From NCBI GenBank assembly GCA_964566495.1, contig CAZMIT010000025.1, positions 1 to 18,988 of the forward strand: a stretch of 18,988 nt of DNA, read 5' to 3'. The notes under the pieces were generated by a model, which saw nothing but the letters and a program-made list of their open reading frames with translations, was not told the origin of the DNA and made no database searches. Shown here piece by piece: positions 1-7,720 of this stretch. The stretch's first letter is position 1. The number at the start of each line of letters is the position of its first letter. This stretch comes from an uncultured bacterium (GTDB lineage: Bacteria; T1Sed10-126). Made by a program: the position numbers and the translations under genes.

Positions 1-868
1 CAAGCCCGTCACAGACGGGACAGGCGCCGTAGGGACTGTTGAAAGAAAAGATACGGGGCTCGACTTCGGAATAGGAGTAGCCACAGTCGGGACAGGCGAA
101 CTGTTCGCTCATCGTCGTGGACTGTCCGGAGTCATAGTCCTCGACGGTAACCAGACCGCCGGCAAGGTCGACGGCGAGTTCCATTGAATCGGCGATGCGG
201 CTGCGATTTTCGTCAGAGCCTTTGAGTTTAACGCGATCAACAACAACTTCAATCGTATGTTTCTCTTCCTTTTCCAGCTCGGGCAGATCGGCCTGGTCAA
301 GACGATGCTGTTCGCCGTCAATCCGGAGGCGAACGTAGCCTTCTTTTTTCAGTTCCTCAAGCTCATCTTTATATTGACCTTTACGACCACGGACGAGAGG
401 GGCGATTATCAGAAGGCGGGTGTCCGGGTCAAAAGTCATGACTTCGTCAACCATACGGTCAATAGTGGTAGCTTCAATGGGCCGACCGCAGTCAGGACAG
501 AAGACGTCGCCGACGCGGGCAAAAAGCAGGCGCAAGTAGTCGTAGATTTCAGTTACAGTGCCGACGGTGGAGCGCGGGTTGTGGGAGCGATTCTTCTGTT
601 CGATAGCAATGGTCGGGGTGAGACCGTCAATACGTTCGACATCGGGTTTTTCGAGCTGACCGAGAAAACGGCGGGCATAGGCGGAGAGCGACTCGACAAA
701 GCGACGCTGTCCCTCGGCGTAGAGAGTGTCGAAGGCAAGCGAGGACTTGCCGGAGCCGGAGATGCCGGTGACGACGGTAAGCTGTTCGCGGGGAATTTTG
801 ACATCGAGACCGGCGAGGTTATGTTCACGGGCGCCGTGTATTTTTATCCAGCTTTTTTCGTCTGACAT
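1..868 (-). CDS. uvrA: Excinuclease ABC subunit A, N-terminal part (runs off the window edge)
   Basis: Manual translation from ATG at 868: [18 protein letters not shown]...[35 protein letters not shown]...[29 protein letters not shown]...[16 protein letters not shown]. These are the canonical UvrA Walker A and zinc-finger motifs. Absent from the ORF track because there is no stop in the window. Confidence 0.98.
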   Translation of the reverse strand, partial: MSDEKSWIKIHGAREHNLAGLDVKIPREQLTVVTGISGSGKSSLAFDTLYAEGQRRFVESLSAYARRFLGQLEKPDVERIDGLTPTIAIEQKNRSHNPRSTVGTVTEIYDYLRLLFARVGDVFCPDCGRPIEATTIDRMVDEVMTFDPDTRLLIIAPLVRGRKGQYKDELEELKKEGYVRLRIDGEQHRLDQADLPELEKEEKHTIEVVVDRVKLKGSDENRSRIADSMELAVDLAGGLVTVEDYDSGQSTTMSEQFACPDCGYSYSEVEPRIFSFNSPYGACPVCDGL

Positions 869-999
869 AGGTAAACACCCTGTTGTGGGTTGCAGGTTGA
901 GTTCAAAAGCGTGACATCTTTTTGTGGTTTTAAGGTCAAAATCAAGTCCCGGCAACCGGGATAGAAGCTATATATTTTAGATTAAATCTGGAAAAATTT

Positions 1000-1626
1000 C
1001 TATGTTTCAGTAAGGCGGTGAGGCAGAAAATGGAAGTAAAAGCGGATGAAGAGGAGAGCGAGGAAGAAAATAAGGGCAGCGATAAAGTTAAAATCCCGGA
1101 GCGGGAAACCAGTTGGTGGTAGGGGGTGCAAGTGATAGCTGAAAGCGGTGAGAACAAGCGGAAAATGAAGGGCAATTAGCAGACCGTAAATCGCCGCCAG
1201 GTTCTGACTTGCTTTTTGCCGGGCAAGGTAACGATGAAACAAAAACCAGGTGGCAAAAAGGGCCCAGAGAAGCGCATAAGAGAGCCAGACGGTTTCGTAG
1301 TAAAAGGGTCTACCGGTTTCCAGCAAAGCCTGTATTGTCCCCACCAGAACAATAACCCCGGAAGCAAGGAAAAGCACAGCAGCAAGCGCGCGGAGGCGAG
1401 CTATTCGCTCACTGCCGTGAGAAAGCAAATAAAAGTAGGTGGCGAAGGCGAAGACAAAAAGAAAGACAAAGCTAACCACGGCCAGGGAGTAATAAAAAAC
1501 TCCCAGGACCACTGGAGAAAATAGACGCCAGTCTCCCCGGATAACGCTACCGAACCCGTATATGCTCCCGACGAGCAGAAGCAAAAGAATGAGAAAATCG
1601 AGAAAACGAAGGAATACTTTCATCAA
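1000..1626 (-). CDS. ccmC: Divergent CcmC-like (heme exporter C / cytochrome c assembly family) membrane protein lacking the WWD motif
   Basis: About six hydrophobic segments, directly after the ccmA- and ccmB-like genes. GTIQALLETGRPFYYETVWLS occupies the place of GxxWxxxxWGxxWxWDxRLT; AAIYGLLIALHFPLV...HLHP resembles the C-terminal ...NVPI...LH(P/Q) region. Confidence 0.65.
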   Translation of the reverse strand: MMKVFLRFLDFLILLLLLVGSIYGFGSVIRGDWRLFSPVVLGVFYYSLAVVSFVFLFVFAFATYFYLLSHGSERIARLRALAAVLFLASGVIVLVGTIQALLETGRPFYYETVWLSYALLWALFATWFLFHRYLARQKASQNLAAIYGLLIALHFPLVLTAFSYHLHPLPPTGFPLRDFNFIAALIFFLALLFIRFYFHFLPHRLTET

Positions 1627-2282
1627 AACTCCTCCCAGAAGAACTCGCCCACAAGCCAGAGTCCGGCAAATAAAATTATCAAGTAACTCAAAAGCCAGTA
1701 GAGCCAGGCCCAGGGATAAGCGCCGGCCGGTTCAAAAACCAGCCTGAACAGATAGCGAGCCGAGAGCAGGTGAGGAAGTAAAAATGGCAGTAAAAGTAGA
1801 AAGAAAAGGTAGTTAGAAAACCCACCGGTTAAGGTTGCAAGCCATATAATAAGTTCAGAGAGGGCAAAGACATGGAGAAAAGAGAGTATAAGAAGCAATA
1901 ATAACTGATTGATATTGCTCTCAAACAAGTAGAAGACCAGGAGCGAATACACGACAACCGGGGGAAGAAGACGCAAAAAGCCAACAAGAAGCTTCTCCAG
2001 AAGATACTCGAAACAGTCGATCCCGGCAAGCGCATACTGCTGGACAAACCCGTGGCGATAGTCGCGGGAGACGGTCGGAAAAAGTGCCAGCAGGGTGGTA
2101 AAAAAGAGAGACAACCAGAGGCCAAAAGATAAAAGGTCAACCGCAAGCGCGGGAAAAATGCGAGAGATAGAGAACGAAAGCAGCAAAAATCCGACGCCTA
2201 CAGAAGTGAGTAAAATAACGGAAAATAAATTACGCAGGGCAAGTTTCAACTCAAAGATAAGCAAATAAAAGATTTTAAACAT
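1623..2282 (-). CDS. ccmB: CcmB-like heme exporter permease
   Basis: ELKLALR, GLWLSLFFTTLLAL..VSRDYRHGFVQQYAL, LLEKLL and LLLLPFLLPHLL parallel the CcmB segments ELRVAFR, IIWVAALLSSLLAL..FRDDLQDGSLEQLML, VLAKV and LVLPLTIPLL. Length 219 aa is typical. Confidence 0.8.
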   Translation of the reverse strand: MFKIFYLLIFELKLALRNLFSVILLTSVGVGFLLLSFSISRIFPALAVDLLSFGLWLSLFFTTLLALFPTVSRDYRHGFVQQYALAGIDCFEYLLEKLLVGFLRLLPPVVVYSLLVFYLFESNINQLLLLLILSFLHVFALSELIIWLATLTGGFSNYLFFLLLLPFLLPHLLSARYLFRLVFEPAGAYPWAWLYWLLSYLIILFAGLWLVGEFFWEEF

Positions 2283-2853
2283 TATCTTTTGCTTCCTGTA
2301 GTTTACCGGGACGAATTACCTGGTTAGTTGAAGCATAATCGTTGCGGGCGGTGTCAACCGTAACAACCAGCCGGGAATCTTCCATAAAACTACGCAAATC
2401 CTTACAGACGAGTTCATACTGACCAGCATTCAGCCGCTCAAGAGGGTAGGAACAAACCACCAGCGGACGAGGGGAGGTGAGGACAGTTGCCATTTTAAGC
2501 ATGAACAGCCGGTTAGCGCTGAGAAACGTAACCAGCTCATCAGAATCAATATTTTTCAGATAAGCTGAACGAACAGAACCACGTAGAGAAAAAAGGCTGG
2601 TGTAAAAATTCAAATTTTCAGCGACGGTAAGAGAAAGGAAGAGTTCGGGCGAGGCGGTGATTAACCGCAAGGAGTTTCGGAAAGCGACAATATTTCGCCA
2701 GGCGTCACGACCATTCCAGTATAACGTTCCCCCGCCGGGACGACGAAGTCCGGCCAGGACCAGGGCAAAATTATCACGTAGCTCCTGACTTGCCTCACGA
2801 ATCACAAGATTTATCCACTCACCACCCCGGACCTTCAAGTCAAGGTTCGACAC
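2275..2853 (-). CDS. ccmA: CcmA-like ABC ATP-binding-fold protein with degenerate catalytic motifs (frame stays open upstream to about 2922)
   Basis: LDLKVRGGEW, LAGLRRPGGGTLYWNG, LTVAENLNFY and FLSA match the CcmA scaffold. Walker A, signature, Walker B and H-loop are all substituted. Confidence 0.75.
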   Translation of the reverse strand: MSNLDLKVRGGEWINLVIREASQELRDNFALVLAGLRRPGGGTLYWNGRDAWRNIVAFRNSLRLITASPELFLSLTVAENLNFYTSLFSLRGSVRSAYLKNIDSDELVTFLSANRLFMLKMATVLTSPRPLVVCSYPLERLNAGQYELVCKDLRSFMEDSRLVVTVDTARNDYASTNQVIRPGKLQEAKDNV

Positions 2854-2918
2854 GGTCAGCTCTGGCGACGCTTTTACTGTCGCCTCACGCAGCTCTAAGG
2901 TGTTGATTATAACCCCAA

Positions 2919-3857
2919 CTAATCAAGTAGCTCCAGGGCTTTTTCATAAATGTGGGGTGAAGTAAGTCCATAAGCGTCGAGCAATTGTCGTGACTCCCCC
3001 GATTCAGCATAGGTATCTTCAATCGCCACAAAGCGCATGGGGACTGGTTCACGGGCACTCAGAGCGCGAGCCACGGCACTACCCAGACCGCCCCAGATTT
3101 GGTGTTCCTCGGCGACAAGGACCCGGCCCGTCTTACGGGCGGAGCCGACAAGCGTCGCCGCGTCCAGGGGTTTCATCGTATGAGAATCAATCACTTCCAC
3201 CTCCACACCTTCATCAGCCAGCCGGTCTGCCACTTCGAGCGCTTCAGCGACGAGCAGTCCGCAGGCGACGATGGTGAGATCATCGCCCGGGCGAATTATG
3301 TTTGCCCGACCCAGTTCGATACAGCTCTGCTCGTCGTAGATCTGAGGGACCCGAGGGCGACAGGTGCGCATGTAGCAGGAAGTCTCCGCGCTAAAAACCT
3401 GGGGCATAAGAGCCCGGGTGGCGTAACCGTCGGCCGGCACACAGACAACCATTCCGGGGAGAGAACTCATAAGCGCAAAATCTTCAATACTCTGCTGGGT
3501 GGCGCCGTCCTCGCCACCACTTATTCCACCGTGAGAAGCAACAAACTTAACGTTAAGCTTGGGATAAGCGACGGAAACACGCAGCTGGTCGTAAGCACGA
3601 TTGGTCAAAAAACAGGCAAAGCTGCTGACAAAAGGGACGAGCCCGCTGGCCGCCAGACCGGCGGCGAGACCAACCATGTTGGCCTCCTGTATTCCAACGT
3701 TATAAAAGCGGTCGGGAAATTTTTCCTGAAACATATAGGTGCGCGTGGACTTGGCGAGATCACCATCGAGCACAACAATTTCTTCGTGCTGGCGGCCAAG
3801 CTCAACAAGCGCTTCGCCATAAGCGTTACGTGTCGGAGGACCGTATTCAAAATCCAT
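2919..3857 (-). CDS. tkt: Transketolase, C-terminal (pyrimidine-binding) subunit
   Basis: TRNAYGEAL, DGDLAKST, FPDRFYNVGIQEANMVG, RAYDQ, GEDGATQQSIED, KPLD, EEHQIWGGLGSAV. Confidence 0.95.
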   Translation of the reverse strand: MDFEYGPPTRNAYGEALVELGRQHEEIVVLDGDLAKSTRTYMFQEKFPDRFYNVGIQEANMVGLAAGLAASGLVPFVSSFACFLTNRAYDQLRVSVAYPKLNVKFVASHGGISGGEDGATQQSIEDFALMSSLPGMVVCVPADGYATRALMPQVFSAETSCYMRTCRPRVPQIYDEQSCIELGRANIIRPGDDLTIVACGLLVAEALEVADRLADEGVEVEVIDSHTMKPLDAATLVGSARKTGRVLVAEEHQIWGGLGSAVARALSAREPVPMRFVAIEDTYAESGESRQLLDAYGLTSPHIYEKALELLD

Positions 3858-4687
3858 TATTTTACCTCCTGCCGGGCCTGCTTTAACTCAGCAAGTGCCT
3901 GTTCAGTTTCCTTATCATCAGGGGCCGTACCGTGAAAATCATTGTTATTTTCCATAAAAGAAACTCCTTTTCCTTTTACCGTATGAGCGATTATAACACG
4001 CGGCGTGTCCGGCTGTTTTTGTGACCACCGGTAAGCGCTATCCACGGCTTCCAGATCATGACCATCGATTTCTCTAACCTGCCAGCCAAAAGACTGCCAT
4101 TTTTCTGTTAGAGGTTCCAGCTCAAGAATCTCTTCAATCGAACCGTCAAGCTGAAACTTATTGTAGTCAACAACGGCAGTCAAATCACCCAGGTCATGAT
4201 GGGCTGAGAAGGCAGCCGCCTCCCAGACCTGCCCCTCATCGAGCTCGCCGTCGCCAAGCAGACAGAAGGTGTGAAAATCCTCATTCAATTGCTCGGCAGC
4301 CAGGGTAATGCCGGCAGCAATGGACAATCCCTGGCCAAGAGAACCAGTAGAAGCTTCAACGGCGGGCAAACGGGAATAATCCGGGTGCCCCTGCAGAGGA
4401 CTGCCGTATTTACGAAGGTCAGATAGTTCCTCGACAGGAAAATAGCCGGCCCGGGCGAGAACAGAATAAAGGGTAGGCACACCGTGACCCTTACTCAGCA
4501 CGAAACGATCGCGTTGAGGCCAGCGTGGGTTTTCCGGATCAAAATCCATTATCCGAAAAAACAAGAGAGCAGTCAGTTCGACCATGGACAATGAACTGCC
4601 GGGATGACCGCTTTCAGCACTATTTATCATTTTCACAACGTCGGCGCGGATATCATAAGTTAGTGTTTCAAGTTCTGAAAGATTCAT
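3857..4687 (-). CDS. tkt: Transketolase, N-terminal (TPP-binding) subunit
   Basis: SGHPGSSLS, RDRFVLSKGH, LQGHP, STGSLGQGLS, the TPP motif GDGELDEGQVWEA...N, and TVKGKGVSFMEN...HG. Stop overlaps the start of the C-terminal subunit (TAATG). Confidence 0.96.
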   Translation of the reverse strand: MNLSELETLTYDIRADVVKMINSAESGHPGSSLSMVELTALLFFRIMDFDPENPRWPQRDRFVLSKGHGVPTLYSVLARAGYFPVEELSDLRKYGSPLQGHPDYSRLPAVEASTGSLGQGLSIAAGITLAAEQLNEDFHTFCLLGDGELDEGQVWEAAAFSAHHDLGDLTAVVDYNKFQLDGSIEEILELEPLTEKWQSFGWQVREIDGHDLEAVDSAYRWSQKQPDTPRVIIAHTVKGKGVSFMENNNDFHGTAPDDKETEQALAELKQARQEVK

Positions 4688-4713
4688 TTTAAACTCTCAC
4701 CACTTAAAGTAGA

Positions 4714-4859
4714 GAGTCCACTCAAAAAAGTCCGTCATTGCCAATACCGGATCAAGACCGGCATGACGCTGCTTGACCCGGCACTCCCTGATAAAACCCC
4801 GTTTACAATGGATCCCTGCACTCGCAGAAATGACAAAGTGGAGTTTTTAGAGTGAACTC
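4714..4859. mobile_element. 146-bp non-autonomous MITE-like element carrying REP-like palindromes
   Basis: Terminal inverted repeats GAGTCCACTCAAAAAAGTCC (4714-4733) and the reverse complement of 4840-4859, GAGTTCACTCTAAAAACTCC (17/20 identical), flanked by direct repeat AGTAGA (4708-4713, 4860-4865). Interior has GTCATTGCC...GGCATGAC, GCTTGACCCGGCA and GGATCCCTGCACTCGCAGAAATGAC palindromic units. Confidence 0.75.
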
Positions 4860-4929
4860 AGTAGATTTTAAAAAAACTATGCAACTCTCAACCGAGCTAA
4901 GCCCGGCTTATATTCCCTCGGGGCAAAAG

Positions 4930-4938
4930 ATTTTAACA
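4930..4938 (-). promoter_or_regulatory. Candidate extended -10 promoter (TGTTAAAAT) for the tkt-ccm genes
   Basis: TGnTAAAAT on the minus strand in the AT-rich intergenic region; no convincing -35. Confidence 0.35.
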
Positions 4939-4965
4939 CAAACCGAAAATAGGAAAAGGAAAATT

Positions 4966-5844
4966 TTAGTTATCTGAAGTAAAAATACGTCGGCGAAGCG
5001 GAGCCAATTCAAAAAGCTCACTTAGATAGACAAACTCAATTCCTTTTTGTTTGTATTTTGGAACCATTTCATTTAGAACCCGAGCCGTGTTGGGGGTCTG
5101 GATGTGACCGATACCGATAGCCTCGCCCTGCCGTTTTGCCACCTGCATCAGACTTTCAAACTGGCCGCGAATATGTTCTTTATCAGTTTGACCGTCGAGA
5201 AAAACATCGCTTTCTTCAACGGGGACTCCATATTTCCGGGCCGACTCAGCAGCAACTGAAGCATCGTCGGTGCGGCTGTCCAGATAAAAAATATTATGCT
5301 CTCCAAGCGTCTTCATAACAGCCTCCATGCCGGGGCGGTAACGAACAAAAGCGGAGCCCATGTGGTTGTTCATACCGACAAGACGCGGGTATAAATCTAT
5401 CACTTCTTCAACCTTGGCTATAATCTCTTCACGGTTCATATCAGTCATCAAAGCGTGCTCCCCCGGATCATCGTCAGGGTAACCCAGGGGCTCCATTGGC
5501 ATGTGAATAATGAACTCATATTTATCGCGCCAGAGTTGGTAGTGATAATCGCTATGTGGGCGCTCGGGCATTAGCGCCATAGTCAGTGGGGCGGGAACCT
5601 GTTCATAGAGGGATATGGTTCCCAGCTCCCAGCCCAAATCATCAATGACGATAGCAACGCGTGGTGAATTTGACTCCGACGAATGATCATTATCAGCGCT
5701 GGTAATGGAGAGCTGTTCCGGGGACTGCAAACTAAGCTCCAAATTCTCTACATAACGACTATTAAACTGCAGCAGGTGGGAATAAGTGAGCGCCACCAGG
5801 AGTACAATTAATATCGCTGCGGTGAGCCAGTATTCACCCTTCAT
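4966..5844 (-). CDS. Divergent polysaccharide deacetylase (YibQ family) with N-terminal membrane anchor
   Basis: VAIVIDDLG, IHMPMEP, GMNNHMGS, YLDSRT, DVFLD and AIGIGH motifs. Location next to an S41 protease gene is a common arrangement. Confidence 0.93.
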   Translation of the reverse strand: MKGEYWLTAAILIVLLVALTYSHLLQFNSRYVENLELSLQSPEQLSITSADNDHSSESNSPRVAIVIDDLGWELGTISLYEQVPAPLTMALMPERPHSDYHYQLWRDKYEFIIHMPMEPLGYPDDDPGEHALMTDMNREEIIAKVEEVIDLYPRLVGMNNHMGSAFVRYRPGMEAVMKTLGEHNIFYLDSRTDDASVAAESARKYGVPVEESDVFLDGQTDKEHIRGQFESLMQVAKRQGEAIGIGHIQTPNTARVLNEMVPKYKQKGIEFVYLSELFELAPLRRRIFTSDN

Positions 5845-7591
5845 GAGCAGACAACAGGGCCAGGGCTTCCTTTAGATCCCAGGGGTCCACCTGGAGAGCT
5901 TCAAGTAATTTCCCAAGGGCCTGGTCGAGCTGCGGATCGGTAGCCAAATCAACAACTAACTCCTCGCCTCGAGCCGCATGCTGCTGATTTTTAATCTGGT
6001 GGCGTATATACTTTTCAGGCAGAGTGAAGCCCTGTTCCCGCAATTTTTCAACAAAACGCTCTATCTCCTGTTCGGACGGTTCCGGATGGTTCCGGACAAA
6101 CTCAATCACCGTATCCCCCATCTGAAGCTTTTGCATCTCTTCCCGGACAGGTGTATCGGGGGCATCCTGTTTGACCACCCGGTGTGGAGCAATCCCCTTC
6201 CCTTCTATTTCATAACCATCTGGAGTATAGTAACTGGCAGTGGTAATTTTAAGAGCGGAGGCATCCGGCAGGGGAAAGACTGACTGGACGCTGGCCTTGC
6301 CAAAAGTCGTATCTCCGGCAACAAGTGCTCTACCCTGGTCGCGCAGGGCTCCGGCAACAATTTCAGAACCACTGGCCGACCCCTGGTTGACAAGGACAAG
6401 CATAGGATATTTGCTCTCAGTATCCTCCTGATGTGCCCAGACGTTCATATCGTGATCTCTAATCCGTCCCCTCGTGTAGACAATTTTTCCGTCGTCAAGC
6501 CAAATATCGGCAACTTCATTAGCGGCGCGCAGGATGCCACCGGGATTATTACGCAAGTCCAGAACAAGTCCCGCCATTCCTTTGTCGTGTAATTCCGCCA
6601 GAGCCTCTTCAACTTCCGCCGGTGTTTTTTCACCAAAATTATTAATGCGGAGAAAGCCCAGTTTTTGCCCCTGGCGCTCGATCAACGAGTGGTGAACACT
6701 TTCAATAGAAATAACCTCGCGAGTTATGTCGACTTCAAAGGGTTCAAGACCCGAGCGATCAATTAGCAGGGTAACCTCACTGCCGGGCTCGCCCCGTAGA
6801 CGATCGACGGCCGCTTCGATCCCCTCGAGCTTTGAGGCGTCCTCGCCGTCAATTGTTTTTATCACGTCACCGGGCATTAACCCCTCTCTGAAAGCCGGGG
6901 TACCGGACATGGGAGCAATGATCAGCAGCTCATCATCCATTGTAATCTGGATGCCAAGACCGCCAAACTGCTGTTCAGTAGAAGTCTGCATCTCCTCGTA
7001 ACTGCGCCGGTCAAGATGTTGGGTATGGGGATCCTCGAGCTGTCCAATCAACCCCTGGTAGGCGGCCCGGAACTTATTCGCGGGGTCCAGCTCACAGCGT
7101 TCGTCCACAAAACCATATACTTCCTTAAAAACGGCATTTACATCGCCACTCAGCCCGCGGTAATAATCGCCGGTCAAATAACCTGTATCAAAAGGAAATG
7201 CCCCGGGCTCATAGAGCTGTTTATTGCTTTTTGGAGGGCCAATGACCAGCGTGTCATTTTTAGTGGAAAGATAGATAGCAACAGCATCGTCCGCTTCACC
7301 GGAAGCCTCCCGAATGCTATCGTACGCCGATTCTTCCAGGAGTTTAACCGGACAATCTTCCAGCTCATTTACAAACCCCGATAGAGCGCCATAAAGCAAC
7401 TCCTCATCGTCCAGGACTTCTTCATCAAAATAGAAATTGTTTATATAACTGTAGACGTTGCTGAACACCTGATACTGCTGTTCAAGCTCGGAACGTTCAC
7501 CGGCCAGTAGTCCGCCGAGAAAAATGTAGCCCAGCAATATCCCCACACAAAAGCTTGCGACAGCAACGAATGACTTCCAATTTAACTTCAC
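5834..7591 (-). CDS. ctpA: Carboxyl-terminal processing protease (S41A) with PDZ domain
   Basis: LEDPHT, FGGLGI (PDZ), LDLRNNPGG, GSASGSEIV (catalytic Ser), TFGKASVQ (catalytic Lys), YYTPDG, DPQL. Start placed at GTG 7591, preceded by GGGTGA and followed by a signal anchor; the ORF track extends to 7636. Confidence 0.93.
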   Translation of the reverse strand: MKLNWKSFVAVASFCVGILLGYIFLGGLLAGERSELEQQYQVFSNVYSYINNFYFDEEVLDDEELLYGALSGFVNELEDCPVKLLEESAYDSIREASGEADDAVAIYLSTKNDTLVIGPPKSNKQLYEPGAFPFDTGYLTGDYYRGLSGDVNAVFKEVYGFVDERCELDPANKFRAAYQGLIGQLEDPHTQHLDRRSYEEMQTSTEQQFGGLGIQITMDDELLIIAPMSGTPAFREGLMPGDVIKTIDGEDASKLEGIEAAVDRLRGEPGSEVTLLIDRSGLEPFEVDITREVISIESVHHSLIERQGQKLGFLRINNFGEKTPAEVEEALAELHDKGMAGLVLDLRNNPGGILRAANEVADIWLDDGKIVYTRGRIRDHDMNVWAHQEDTESKYPMLVLVNQGSASGSEIVAGALRDQGRALVAGDTTFGKASVQSVFPLPDASALKITTASYYTPDGYEIEGKGIAPHRVVKQDAPDTPVREEMQKLQMGDTVIEFVRNHPEPSEQEIERFVEKLREQGFTLPEKYIRHQIKNQQHAARGEELVVDLATDPQLDQALGKLLEALQVDPWDLKEALALLSAHEG

Positions 7592-7650
7592 CAGAATCAC
7601 CCATGTCCCCTTCGGGAGAAGATACCTTGAAAACAATAGCAGTGTCTTAA

Positions 7651-7679
7651 ATTATAACAAATACGACACAGATTTTAAA
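7651..7679 (-). promoter_or_regulatory. Sigma70-type promoter for ctpA
   Basis: TTTAAA-N17-TATAAT with an extended -10 TG (TGTTATAAT at 7659-7651). Confidence 0.6.
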
Positions 7680-7720
7680 ACGCGTCAGAACCTACCACAG
7701 AACCTACCGAAGCCCTCATC

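Noticed and set aside
257..865. 202-aa plus-strand ORF
   Set aside because: Antisense shadow of uvrA, which has unmistakable motifs on the minus strand.
869..999. SOS/LexA box upstream of uvrA, and hairpin TCCCGG-CAA-CCGGGA at 947-961 as a terminator
   Set aside because: No CTGT-N8-ACAG, GAAC-N4-GTTC or GTTC-N7-GTTC match seen. The hairpin is short with only a broken U-tract.
3099..3935. 278-aa plus-strand ORF
   Set aside because: Antisense to transketolase with no recognisable motifs.
4892..4921. Small hairpin (CCGAG...TAAGC-CGG-GCTTA..CTCGG) in the tkt leader as a riboswitch
   Set aside because: No match to TPP or any other riboswitch consensus I can recognise, and too short to support a call.
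7688..7703. GAAC-N-GAAC as an alphaproteobacterial-type LexA box
   Set aside because: Spacer is 8 nt rather than 7, and the motif is absent upstream of uvrA.
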